Positions 18,768 to 27,641 of a DNA stretch of 64,000 nucleotides are shown here, piece by piece. The translations under genes were made by a program, and so were the position numbers. The DNA is taken from assembly GCA_034007015.1 (NCBI GenBank), contig JAVERS010000004.1:15336-79335 (forward strand). Direction: 5' to 3'. A model generated the notes under the pieces. It saw only the letters and a list, made by a program, of their open reading frames with translations. It searched no databases and was not told the DNA's origin. The stretch's first letter is position 1, and every line of letters starts with the position of its first letter. The DNA comes from Desulfuromonadaceae bacterium (GTDB taxonomy: Bacteria; Desulfobacterota; Desulfuromonadia; Desulfuromonadales; Desulfuromonadaceae).

Positions 18768-20459
18768 ATGGAAAACACACAACTGCTGGGACAAATCCTG
18801 CTGCGTGAAGGCAGTATCAGCCAAGAAGACCTCGACGCGGCTCTGCACAAGCAGGCAGATGAGCACCAGCCACTCGGACAGATCCTCCTGCACCAGCGCT
18901 GCCTGACTGCGGCACAGCTGTGCACCGCACTGGCGCTCCAGTCTGGTATCCCCTGCGTTGCGCAGTTGCCAGAAGCGGTAAACGATACCTCTCTGCTGGA
19001 GCTGCTTCCCCTTAACTATGTCAAAGAACATGGCATTATACCGCTGGAATGGGTAGACGAGTGTCTGCGCGTGGCTATCACTGACCCCTATGCTGCGGCC
19101 CCCATTAACGATCTCGAAGCGCTGGTGGATGCCCCGCTAGAACTCTATCTCGCTCCGGCTAATGCGATCCTGGATTTAATCAACCGCAGCTATGAAATCC
19201 ACGCCGGCGGCGCTTCAGAGATGGTAGCGGATATGGATGGCGATCAGGGCGACAACGCACCGCGGCTGGAGCCGGATGATCTGCTCGACAGCAGTGACGA
19301 AGCACCGGTAATCCGCTTCGTCAACAGTCTTATCACCCAGGCATATAAAGAACGGGCAAGCGATATTCACATTGAGCCGTATGAAAACGAGCTGGTGGTA
19401 CGCTATCGGATCGACGGCATTTTATACGAGGTGCTTCGCCCGCCCCTGAACGCCAGCGCCAGCATCAATTCACGTATCAAAATCATGGCAGGGCTTAATA
19501 TCGCAGAAAAACGCCTGCCTCAGGATGGACGCTTTCGGGTGCGTATCGCAGCCAAAGATATTGATGTCCGGGTGTCTTCCCTCCCTACTGCATTTGGTGA
19601 GCGTCTGGTATTGCGTCTGCTGGATAAGAGCAGCAATGTTCTCGCCCTGGAAGATATTGGGATGAAGGATGAACTATTGCGCCAGATGGAGAAGATGATC
19701 GAATCCACCCATGGGGTGTTTTTAGTCACCGGCCCTACCGGTAGCGGTAAAACTACCACCCTGTATGCAGCCTTGAGCCGTCTGGATCGGAAGCAGAAGA
19801 ATATCATCACCGTAGAAGACCCCATTGAATATCAGCTTAGCGGGGTGGGACAGATTCAAGTCAATCCGAAGATAGATCTGACCTTTGCCAACGGTCTGCG
19901 CTCCATTCTGCGCCAGGATCCAGACGTAATTATGGTGGGGGAGATCCGCGATCAGGAAACCGCAGAGATCGCGATTCAATCTGCCCTTACCGGCCATATG
20001 GTGTTTTCCACCCTGCATACCAACGATGCCGCGGGGGGACTTACCCGTCTGGTAGAGATGGGGATCGAACCGTTTCTCGCCTCCTCGTCGGTGGTGGGGA
20101 TTCTGGCCCAGCGTCTGGTACGCACCATCTGTCCGCACTGTCGCGAAACCTACACCCCAGAGACTACCATGCTGAAACGCCTCAACATCGACCCCGCCCA
20201 AGGAGATTCTTTCTACCGCGGACGTGGGTGCGCCAAATGTATGGATATTGGCTACCGCGGCCGCACCGGAGTATACGAGCTTCTCAGTATTAACGAAAAA
20301 ATCCGCGCTGCGATCCTCGCCAATGCCGATGCGGGCACCATCCGCACCTTGGCGATAGAGGGGGGGATGATCCCTTTACGTAACGCAGGACTGGAGCTGG
20401 CACGCCAGGGGGTAACCACGCTGGAAGAAGTGATCCGGGTTACGCAGGAGGAGAGCTAA
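18768..20459 (+). CDS. gspE: Type II secretion ATPase
   Basis: Walker A GPTGSGKTT, Asp/His boxes, and the tetracysteine CPHC..CAKC zinc motif. The N-terminal T2SSE_N-type domain has two LGQILL..L..AL..Q repeats. Confidence 0.95.
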   Translation: MENTQLLGQILLREGSISQEDLDAALHKQADEHQPLGQILLHQRCLTAAQLCTALALQSGIPCVAQLPEAVNDTSLLELLPLNYVKEHGIIPLEWVDECLRVAITDPYAAAPINDLEALVDAPLELYLAPANAILDLINRSYEIHAGGASEMVADMDGDQGDNAPRLEPDDLLDSSDEAPVIRFVNSLITQAYKERASDIHIEPYENELVVRYRIDGILYEVLRPPLNASASINSRIKIMAGLNIAEKRLPQDGRFRVRIAAKDIDVRVSSLPTAFGERLVLRLLDKSSNVLALEDIGMKDELLRQMEKMIESTHGVFLVTGPTGSGKTTTLYAALSRLDRKQKNIITVEDPIEYQLSGVGQIQVNPKIDLTFANGLRSILRQDPDVIMVGEIRDQETAEIAIQSALTGHMVFSTLHTNDAAGGLTRLVEMGIEPFLASSSVVGILAQRLVRTICPHCRETYTPETTMLKRLNIDPAQGDSFYRGRGCAKCMDIGYRGRTGVYELLSINEKIRAAILANADAGTIRTLAIEGGMIPLRNAGLELARQGVTTLEEVIRVTQEES

Positions 20460-20460
20460 A

Positions 20461-21684
20461 GTGCCACTGTTTGACTACCACGGTTTTGACCAAAAAGGGA
20501 AAACTACCAAAGGCACGGTAGAAGCAGGTGGAAAGCGCGCTGCGCTGGAGAAACTGCGCCATCAGCATATCTACGTCAGCAGTATTTCAGAACAACGGCG
20601 TAAACGGGCAGAATCGCGCATGCGCCAACTGTTCCCCTCCGCGTCTATCCGCCTTAGTACTACCGAACTGGCTACCAGCACCCGCCTCCTTGCCACTTTG
20701 TTGGAAGCGGGAGTCCCTTTGGATGAAGCACTGGCGTATCTGGTAGATCAAAGCGACAAGAGCTCGCACAAACGGCTGTTCGGGCAGATCCGCGACTCTG
20801 TCTTGCAGGGGATGTCACTCCACAAGGCGATGGAAGAGCAAGGGAAGGCGTTTCCGCAGATGTACCGCCACATGGTACAGGTGGGAGAGAGCAGTGGCTC
20901 CTTAGATAAGGTGTTACTGCGTCTTGCCGATTTTATGGAAGAACAGGCGCGCCTGAAATCTAAAACCCGCGCCGCCCTTGCATATCCAGCCCTGATGGCC
21001 ATTGTGGGCACGGGGGTGCTGTTGTTTTTGGTAACCTTTGTCGTACCCAAGGTTACCCGAATGCTCACCGACATGGGACAAACCCTCCCCGGCCCAACCC
21101 GTTTTCTGATCGCAATCAGCGATACCCTTGGATCTTACGGATGGATTATGGCACTCACCCTTGGTGCAGCGCTGGTGGCGCTGGGGCGCTACCACGCTAC
21201 CCCTAAAGGACGCCTCAAGCTTGATCGGACCATTCTGAAATTGCCCTTTTTCGGCAATATCGTGCGCACTATTGCCACGGCCCGCTTCAGCCGCACTTTG
21301 GGAACCCTACTCCAAAGCGGGGTGCCCCTGTTGCAAGCACTGGAGATCAGCAACAGTTTGTTGCAAAACCGCTATCTGCATCAGAGCGTGACCAACAACA
21401 CCAAAGCGGTGCGCGAAGGTGCGAGTTTGGCACAACAGATACGCAGTTCGGCCCTGTTTCCACCTCTGATGGCGCAGATGACCGCCATTGGAGAACGAAG
21501 CGGGAATATGGATACGATGCTCCTTAAGGTTGCTGACAATCAGGATCGCGAAATTGAGATAACCCTAGGGGGGCTGCTTTCCCTCCTGGAGCCGGTGATG
21601 ATTCTGGTGATGGGGTCGGTAATCGGATTTATCGTCCTTGCAGTGCTTCTCCCAATTTTTCAGGCGAGCCAGGGGCTCGGATAA
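20461..21684 (+). CDS. gspF: Type II secretion inner-membrane platform protein
   Basis: 407 aa with two T2SF repeats (..LATLLEAGVPL..AL / ..LGTLLQSGVPLLQAL). GTG start. Confidence 0.93.
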   Translation: MPLFDYHGFDQKGKTTKGTVEAGGKRAALEKLRHQHIYVSSISEQRRKRAESRMRQLFPSASIRLSTTELATSTRLLATLLEAGVPLDEALAYLVDQSDKSSHKRLFGQIRDSVLQGMSLHKAMEEQGKAFPQMYRHMVQVGESSGSLDKVLLRLADFMEEQARLKSKTRAALAYPALMAIVGTGVLLFLVTFVVPKVTRMLTDMGQTLPGPTRFLIAISDTLGSYGWIMALTLGAALVALGRYHATPKGRLKLDRTILKLPFFGNIVRTIATARFSRTLGTLLQSGVPLLQALEISNSLLQNRYLHQSVTNNTKAVREGASLAQQIRSSALFPPLMAQMTAIGERSGNMDTMLLKVADNQDREIEITLGGLLSLLEPVMILVMGSVIGFIVLAVLLPIFQASQGLG

Positions 21685-21750
21685 AATCTGTTTTACCGAT
21701 ATAATTTAGTCATTTATTACTATAAATACATACTCGACAGGAGCTAGAAC

Positions 21751-22197
21751 ATGAAATATTCACCATCTCGACTTTACGCCCAGCGTGGATTTACCCTTAT
21801 TGAAGTTATGGTTGTTGTCGTCATTTTAGGGATTCTCGCAGGGCTGGTGGTTCCCAGATTGCTGGACCGCCCCGAAGAGGCACGGCGCACCAAAGCAGTG
21901 ATGCAGATCAAGAGCATTGAAGAAGCACTAGCGTTGTATAAACTTGATAACGGCATGTTTCCTGAGACCTCCCAAGGGCTCGAGGCTTTGGTAGAGAAAC
22001 CAGAAAAAGGGCGCATCCCCATTAGGTATCGCGAGGGGGGATATCTGGGTAAAATACCAAAAGATCCCTGGGGTAACGACTACGTCTATCTCTCCCCCGG
22101 TCTCAACAGTGATTACGATCTGATCTCTTACGGCGCAGATGGAGAATCTGGTGGCGAGGGCAACAATGCCGATATCAAGAGCTGGGAGATTGAATAA
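21751..22197 (+). CDS. gspG: Major pseudopilin
   Basis: Prepilin leader ..QRG|[17 protein letters not shown], followed by the GspG core (P.DPWGN.Y.Y..PG..GDYDL.SYGADG). Confidence 0.95.
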   Translation: MKYSPSRLYAQRGFTLIEVMVVVVILGILAGLVVPRLLDRPEEARRTKAVMQIKSIEEALALYKLDNGMFPETSQGLEALVEKPEKGRIPIRYREGGYLGKIPKDPWGNDYVYLSPGLNSDYDLISYGADGESGGEGNNADIKSWEIE

Positions 22198-22699
22198 TTC
22201 CCGTGGTTTCACCTTGGTAGAACTGGGGATGGTGGTATTTCTTCTCGGTCTGTTTGCCACCTTGAGTATCCCACTGTTTTACTCCAGCTCCACCTCGGCG
22301 CTGCACGCTGATGCGCGAAAAATCTCCACCGTAGTACAATATCTGTACAATGAAGCTGCCATAACTGGCGCACAACACCGGCTTCGGTGCACGTTGGAGC
22401 GCGGACTTTTTGAGTTCGAGTTTGTCGACGGAGCGGGCGAATGGCGTGGCATCGAAAATAAACGTAGTACCCTTGAATTAGATAATACGGTCCGCATTCG
22501 GGATATCTGGAGTGAAGATATAGGCAAGGTCAGTGATGGCACCGCCACTATCAACATCTACCCGCAGGGGTGGATGCCGGCGTCAACCATCCATCTCCAG
22601 AGCGGCTCAGGGTCCAAGGTTAAGGATTTAAGCATTCACCTCCTCCCGTTGAGTGGAATAACTGAAACTGAAGAGGGGTACCATGATTTTGAGGGCTAA
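22166..22699 (+). CDS. gspH: Minor pseudopilin H
   Basis: Leader ..NNSRG|[10 protein letters not shown]. The start is uncertain: ATG 22139, ATG 22166 or TTG 22190. Position is after gspG. Confidence 0.75.
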   Translation: MPISRAGRLNNSRGFTLVELGMVVFLLGLFATLSIPLFYSSSTSALHADARKISTVVQYLYNEAAITGAQHRLRCTLERGLFEFEFVDGAGEWRGIENKRSTLELDNTVRIRDIWSEDIGKVSDGTATINIYPQGWMPASTIHLQSGSGSKVKDLSIHLLPLSGITETEEGYHDFEG

Positions 22700-23081
22700 G
22701 GTTGACCCAGGCTTCCAAAGTCAAAAAGGCTTCACCCTCCTGGAGGTGATGCTCGCTGTGGTTATTGTGGGTACCGCATTTGTCGCGTGCCTGAGCTTGG
22801 TCAATACGTGTATCCACAGTCAAGGCAGAGTTGAACACATCACCACCGCAACGATGCTGGCAAAGCACAAAATGAGCGAACTTGAAGCTCAGGCGCGCAC
22901 TGGCATCGCAACCGTTCCAGAGCTTTCCGGCTCCTATGAAGAGCCCTACTCCATATATGCGTGGGAGGTTGAATACCTCCCTACCCCACTCGATGGAGTA
23001 CAACAGGTGAGCGTAAGCGTGCGCTGGGGCGCTGAAGCGCAAAATGATGAGGTGGTTATTGATTCATTTACCTTCAACTGA
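22683..23081 (+). CDS. gspI: Minor pseudopilin I
   Basis: Leader ..SQKG|FTLLEVMLAVVIVG. 132 aa, canonical position. Confidence 0.8.
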   Translation: MILRAKVDPGFQSQKGFTLLEVMLAVVIVGTAFVACLSLVNTCIHSQGRVEHITTATMLAKHKMSELEAQARTGIATVPELSGSYEEPYSIYAWEVEYLPTPLDGVQQVSVSVRWGAEAQNDEVVIDSFTFN

Positions 23082-23736
23082 AAAAACTCAGATCCTTTTT
23101 CCGCGCTGTGGGTGCGTCACGCGCACCCGTCCACCCTTGCGTTACACTAAAAACGTGTGCGGATTTACCCTTATCGAGATCTTGGTGGCAGTAACTATAT
23201 CCAGCTTGGTTCTCACTGGAGTGTACGGCATTTTCACCCGCGTCAGCAGTGCGGAGCGTGAGGTGCGCGCCCGCGCCATGTGCTACCACCACGCGCGCAG
23301 TATCGTCAATCGCCTGCAGCAAGAGTTAGGCGCATGTGTGCTGCTCAACAACACTCCAGAGGCAGAATTTCGCAGTGGTGAACAGGGATTTCTTACTTTC
23401 ACTTCAACCTCGGTACCGCAGGCAGATGGAGCTGTAAGCCTTCAGCAAGTAAGCTATCGCACCCAAGCACAGGGCGAGAACGAAACGCTGCGGCTACAGC
23501 GCTACAGTCTCCCAGTGTATGCTATGCAGAATGACCCGCAGTGGCGGCGCTTGAGTTCGAAGATTGTTGAATTGCAGTGGCGCTTTCATGATGGTGCTGC
23601 TTGGAACAACACCTGGGATAGCAACGTGCACAACAAGTTGCCACAGACTGTAGAATTACGTCTGCTTCTCGCCTGTGAAGGGCACGAAGTAGAATGCGTA
23701 ACCGCCTTCGATATTCTCATGGCCGGGCAGACATAA
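23044..23736 (+). CDS. gspJ: Minor pseudopilin J
   Basis: Prepilin motif ..NVCG|FTLIEILVAVTISS. The ORF-track ATG 23044 overlaps gspI by 38 nt. A TTG at 23137 would give a more typical short leader, MRYTKNVCG|F. Confidence 0.75.
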   Translation: MMRWLLIHLPSTEKTQILFPRCGCVTRTRPPLRYTKNVCGFTLIEILVAVTISSLVLTGVYGIFTRVSSAEREVRARAMCYHHARSIVNRLQQELGACVLLNNTPEAEFRSGEQGFLTFTSTSVPQADGAVSLQQVSYRTQAQGENETLRLQRYSLPVYAMQNDPQWRRLSSKIVELQWRFHDGAAWNNTWDSNVHNKLPQTVELRLLLACEGHEVECVTAFDILMAGQT

Positions 23737-24653
23737 TGCACAGATTGAAGCAACAGGAAGGGATGGCGCTGCTGCTGGTTTTGGCTCTCACCGCGCTTCT
23801 CACTGCGCTGGTGGGTGAGATGGCGTTTAACTCCTACGTCAACCTGCGCCTGGTGGAAACCTTTCGCGACCAGACCAGGGCAGAATATGTGGCACGCGGG
23901 GGAATAGAAGTGGGACGCCACCTGCTAAGCATCGACACTAACGAATATGATGGTGCCACTGAAGCATGGGCACAGGGGATCCCTAACTACCCAGTGGGAG
24001 ATATCGGCACTATCAATATTGAAATTGAGGCACAGGATGGGAAGATCAACCTCAACGCGTTAGTGGGCGCAAATGGCAACCCAGATGTGGTGGTGGTGGA
24101 TCGGTGCGTGCGTCTGTTTGACATCCTCGGCATCCCCGATCCTGAAGCGCATGTAGATGCACTTATCGACTGGATAGATGCAGACGATGACCCACGCCCA
24201 GCTGGAGCTGAGGCGGGCTATTATGCAGCGCAGTCAAACAATGTTGTGTGTAAAAATGCTCCCCTTGACACCTTGGATGAACTCAAGGTGATCGCTGGCT
24301 TCAGTGCTGAGGAGGTGGAAACATTACGCCCCCACGTGAGCGTGCACGGTTCAGATAAGATCCACCTCAATTCAGCCACACCGGAGGTATTATTCTCTTT
24401 GGCGCAAGAGATGGACATGGATACTGCAGCTCTGATTGCAGAGCAGAGCCGCCAACGTCCCTATCGCTCCCTCGAAGAGCTGCAACTGCTGCCACGCTGG
24501 GAGGATTTTTACTGGGCAATCAACACCCACCTCAAGGTAAGTGCGGATATATATACCATCCATAGCACAGCCTACGTGGGTTCCAGCCCCAAGAGTATTA
24601 GTGCCACGCTGGAAAAATCATCGGGGAGATTGCTGTTTTTACGCATTTTTTAA
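23736..24653 (+). CDS. gspK: Minor pseudopilin K
   Basis: MHRLKQQEGMALLLVLALTALLTALV is typical of GspK. ATG 23736 overlaps the gspJ TAA (TAATG). Confidence 0.8.
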   Translation: MHRLKQQEGMALLLVLALTALLTALVGEMAFNSYVNLRLVETFRDQTRAEYVARGGIEVGRHLLSIDTNEYDGATEAWAQGIPNYPVGDIGTINIEIEAQDGKINLNALVGANGNPDVVVVDRCVRLFDILGIPDPEAHVDALIDWIDADDDPRPAGAEAGYYAAQSNNVVCKNAPLDTLDELKVIAGFSAEEVETLRPHVSVHGSDKIHLNSATPEVLFSLAQEMDMDTAALIAEQSRQRPYRSLEELQLLPRWEDFYWAINTHLKVSADIYTIHSTAYVGSSPKSISATLEKSSGRLLFLRIF

Positions 24654-24757
24654 TGCTTGAACCACTGAAGTTCCTGATATTAAATAGCCACATATTACCT
24701 AAATGGATGTTTTAACTGTTACCTAAATAGAAACTCGAACAGACTGGGTTTACCACT

Positions 24758-26140
24758 ATGATACAGCGCAAAGTCGGGTTTGAAATCACCCCCACCTGCA
24801 TCCGCATGGCAATTCTAGACGGGAAAAAAAATCCGCCTCAGGTTGTTGCGTTGCACCAGCGGGAGATCACCCCCGAAAGTGATATTGGTGCTACCCTGCT
24901 GGAGATGCTGGAACAACCGCCACGCTTCAGCGACCACTTCTGCACCGCATTGGCGTGGCAAAAGTGTTTCGTGCGTACCCTCCGCTTCCCCTTTAAAGAT
25001 AAAAACAAAATTGAGGCTGCAGCACGAATTGAAATGGAATCTCGCATTCCCGCTGACATCAGTGAGCACACCATCGCATCTACCCCTGCTACCCCAGCAG
25101 AGGAGGGTTTTGCCAGCATCAGCGTCGCAGTACCGGATACTTCCATTGCCGCGGCTCTTGCCCCTCTGGATCAGGCCCGCATACCGCTGCAACTCCTGGG
25201 TCTGAGTCCGTTTACCGAGGCTGGCGGAGTTATTACCTGGCACCAAAATGGGTTGCTGGTTAAGGTTCATGCCGATCAATTCGCGCTGTGTTCCATCAAC
25301 GATGAAAACATTAGTGCATATAAAAACTGCCGCAGAACACCTTCAGATCCCCCCCTGTGGCAACGTATTGAGCAAGAAGCTGCCCTGTTGCGGCGCAGCA
25401 ACAATGTCGAAGCACAGCCGCTACTCCTTATGGGGGAACACATCACCCCTGAGGTGGAAGAGCAGCTGCAACAACGCGGATACGAATTGCTGAAGCTCCC
25501 CCTTACCTTGGAAGGGGAGCCTGTGCCGCATGAGTTTCTCCCCGTATGTGCCCTCGCCATGGCACGCGAAGAGCGCAGTTTCAATCTGCGCCAAGGGATG
25601 TTTGTTCTCAAAGGGAGCTGGAATTCCATAAAAAAACACCTCTATGTAGGTGCAACCCTGTTGCTTTTTACTGCTCTTGTGGGGGGAGTCACTGCGCTAA
25701 CCACGTATCGGCACAAAGTCCAACAAGTGGATACGTATAAACAGCAGATGAGCAAGGTTTTTCGCCAGACCCTGCCCGACACCAATGTTATTGTGGATAT
25801 CCCGCGCCAGATTCAGGCAGAGCTCGAACAGCTGAAGCGGCGTGCCGCCCTGCTGGGGGTAGGTAATTCAGCATCTCCTCTGGCAGCGCTGCGCGAAGTA
25901 TCGCGCCTGGCACCAGAGGAGATAACCCTGGATGTGAAGCGTTTCCGCTACGTCGATGACTCCCTCGATATCAGCGGAGATACTACCGACTTCGATAGTG
26001 TCAACCGCCTGGGGGAACGCCTGCGTCAATCACCGCTGTTCAGCTCAGTACGCATTTTCGATGCCAAAACTGGGCTTGAAGGAAATAAAGTTGGCTTCAG
26101 GCTCCAGATAAACATTTCTACCGCCGGAGGTTCACAGTGA
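24758..26140 (+). CDS. gspL: Type II secretion protein L (PilM/GspL-like, bitopic)
   Basis: 460 aa. Actin-like cytoplasmic N-domain, a single TM (LYVGATLLLFTALVGGVTALTTY) and a periplasmic C-domain. Position is between gspK and gspM. Confidence 0.65.
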   Translation: MIQRKVGFEITPTCIRMAILDGKKNPPQVVALHQREITPESDIGATLLEMLEQPPRFSDHFCTALAWQKCFVRTLRFPFKDKNKIEAAARIEMESRIPADISEHTIASTPATPAEEGFASISVAVPDTSIAAALAPLDQARIPLQLLGLSPFTEAGGVITWHQNGLLVKVHADQFALCSINDENISAYKNCRRTPSDPPLWQRIEQEAALLRRSNNVEAQPLLLMGEHITPEVEEQLQQRGYELLKLPLTLEGEPVPHEFLPVCALAMAREERSFNLRQGMFVLKGSWNSIKKHLYVGATLLLFTALVGGVTALTTYRHKVQQVDTYKQQMSKVFRQTLPDTNVIVDIPRQIQAELEQLKRRAALLGVGNSASPLAALREVSRLAPEEITLDVKRFRYVDDSLDISGDTTDFDSVNRLGERLRQSPLFSSVRIFDAKTGLEGNKVGFRLQINISTAGGSQ

Positions 26141-26655
26141 TTAGAAACCTGTCCACGCGTGAAAAAATGATCCTGGGCGCGGGAATCGTGTTCTGTGTTG
26201 CGGTGCTGCTCTATGTAGGCATCATCGCCCCGTATACCTCCAAAATGCAGGGGCTTGAGCGAAAAATAAGCGCCGGACAAACCCAACTGGAGCAAGTAAC
26301 CGTTCTACAGCAGGAGTACCAGAGCCTAGCGCAACAGATAAAACAGATCAGCACTGATCAGCAGGATGTCTCCGGTCTGTTCAGTTTTGTGGAAAACCAA
26401 GTACAGCAGGTTGCGGGGCGCGACAAACTCACTTCCATGCGTCCTGTGGCACCAATACGCCATAATGATATGGTAGAAGAGGGGCTGGAGGTGAGAATCG
26501 AACGGATCTCCCTGCGCCAAGCGGTGGACCTGCTCCAACGTCTGGAACAGTCGCAACGTCCCCTGCGGGTAAAGGGACTGGACCTGAGGGTGCGCTTTGA
26601 GAATAAGTCTCTATTTGACGCCTCCTTGACAATCTCCACCTTCGGGAGAGGATAA
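26137..26655 (+). CDS. gspM: Type II secretion protein M
   Basis: 172 aa. N-terminal REKMILGAGIVFCVAVLLYVGIIAP TM segment. GTG start overlaps the gspL stop. Confidence 0.6.
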   Translation: MIRNLSTREKMILGAGIVFCVAVLLYVGIIAPYTSKMQGLERKISAGQTQLEQVTVLQQEYQSLAQQIKQISTDQQDVSGLFSFVENQVQQVAGRDKLTSMRPVAPIRHNDMVEEGLEVRIERISLRQAVDLLQRLEQSQRPLRVKGLDLRVRFENKSLFDASLTISTFGRG

Positions 26656-26658
26656 TCT

Positions 26659-27516
26659 ATGGCTGAGACTACACCAAATCTCAAACAATCACTGCGCAAG
26701 AGGGCTGCATACATCCTTGCGTTTATCGCTTTAAGTGGAATGACCTTTGTGCTTGGGGTGTGGTTTATGTTCCCCGATGCGAGTCTAGAGCGCCGCATCA
26801 ACGCCGAACTCGCCCGCCAGGCCCCTTTCAGCTTCAAAATTCACCATCTCGAACGCAGTTTCCCCTTTACCTTAAAAGGGAAGCAAGTTTCCGTAGATAT
26901 CCCCCAGTTTCCTCTTACCATTGCCCCCCTACAGGTGAAGCCAGCGTGGAGCAGCCTCATCCGCTTACAACCTGGAATCGTAGCATCTGGTATACTGTTT
27001 GGTGGGTCCTTTGAGGTTTTCTACACCAGTAGCGGCACCACCACTATTGAGGCTGAACGGATGCACCTCAGCGCTACCATCCCCGGATTCAGCTCAATCA
27101 GGATAGAGGGTGAGCTTGAGTACGCGCAGATTGACGCGCATGTCTCTGATGCGGTAACTCCCAGCCATGGGCAGATCATCCTTAAAGGGGTACGTATACA
27201 TGGATTGGACAAGGTGGGGCTAGGACAAAGTGTAACAAACTTGGGAGATCTAGAGCTTACCCTAGAAGAACAGGGGCACCTGTTGCAACTTGAACTCCAG
27301 AATCCTGGCGGGGCATTTCAACTTTCGGGCAGTGGCTCTATAACCCCTCCGCAACTCACTCCTAAAGCTCGCATGAACTTGCAGTTGCGTATAGACAATA
27401 TCCCTGCCGAATACGCGCAACTCGAAGAACTCTTGAGTTTAACCGGAGTGCGAAAAGATGCTGAAGGGTATCTTATCCGCCTCGGTGGGCGCATAGAACA
27501 TCCCATCCTACGCTAA
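26659..27516 (+). CDS. gspN: Type II secretion protein N
   Basis: 285 aa. One N-terminal TM segment followed by a beta-rich periplasmic domain. Last gene of the gsp cluster. The call rests on position and architecture. Confidence 0.55.
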   Translation: MAETTPNLKQSLRKRAAYILAFIALSGMTFVLGVWFMFPDASLERRINAELARQAPFSFKIHHLERSFPFTLKGKQVSVDIPQFPLTIAPLQVKPAWSSLIRLQPGIVASGILFGGSFEVFYTSSGTTTIEAERMHLSATIPGFSSIRIEGELEYAQIDAHVSDAVTPSHGQIILKGVRIHGLDKVGLGQSVTNLGDLELTLEEQGHLLQLELQNPGGAFQLSGSGSITPPQLTPKARMNLQLRIDNIPAEYAQLEELLSLTGVRKDAEGYLIRLGGRIEHPILR

Positions 27517-27641
27517 TATATCCCCACCGCAAACCGCGCGCCGCTGCGTATAAAAGCGCAGCGGCGGTTGACATGCTCCAGAACAGTGATTACTGTCTGA
27601 AAAATCACTTAATATTCACACCGTGAAAGGGATTGCTGTTT

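Noticed and set aside
18498-19031. 177-aa minus-strand ORF spanning the gspD/gspE junction
   Set aside because: It overlaps two well-supported plus-strand genes and has no motifs.
27540-27565. Hairpin gccgctgcg-tataaaag-cgcagcggc after gspN as a terminator
   Set aside because: The 9-bp stem is real, but no U-tract follows. It may still pause or terminate transcription, but I did not list it as a feature.
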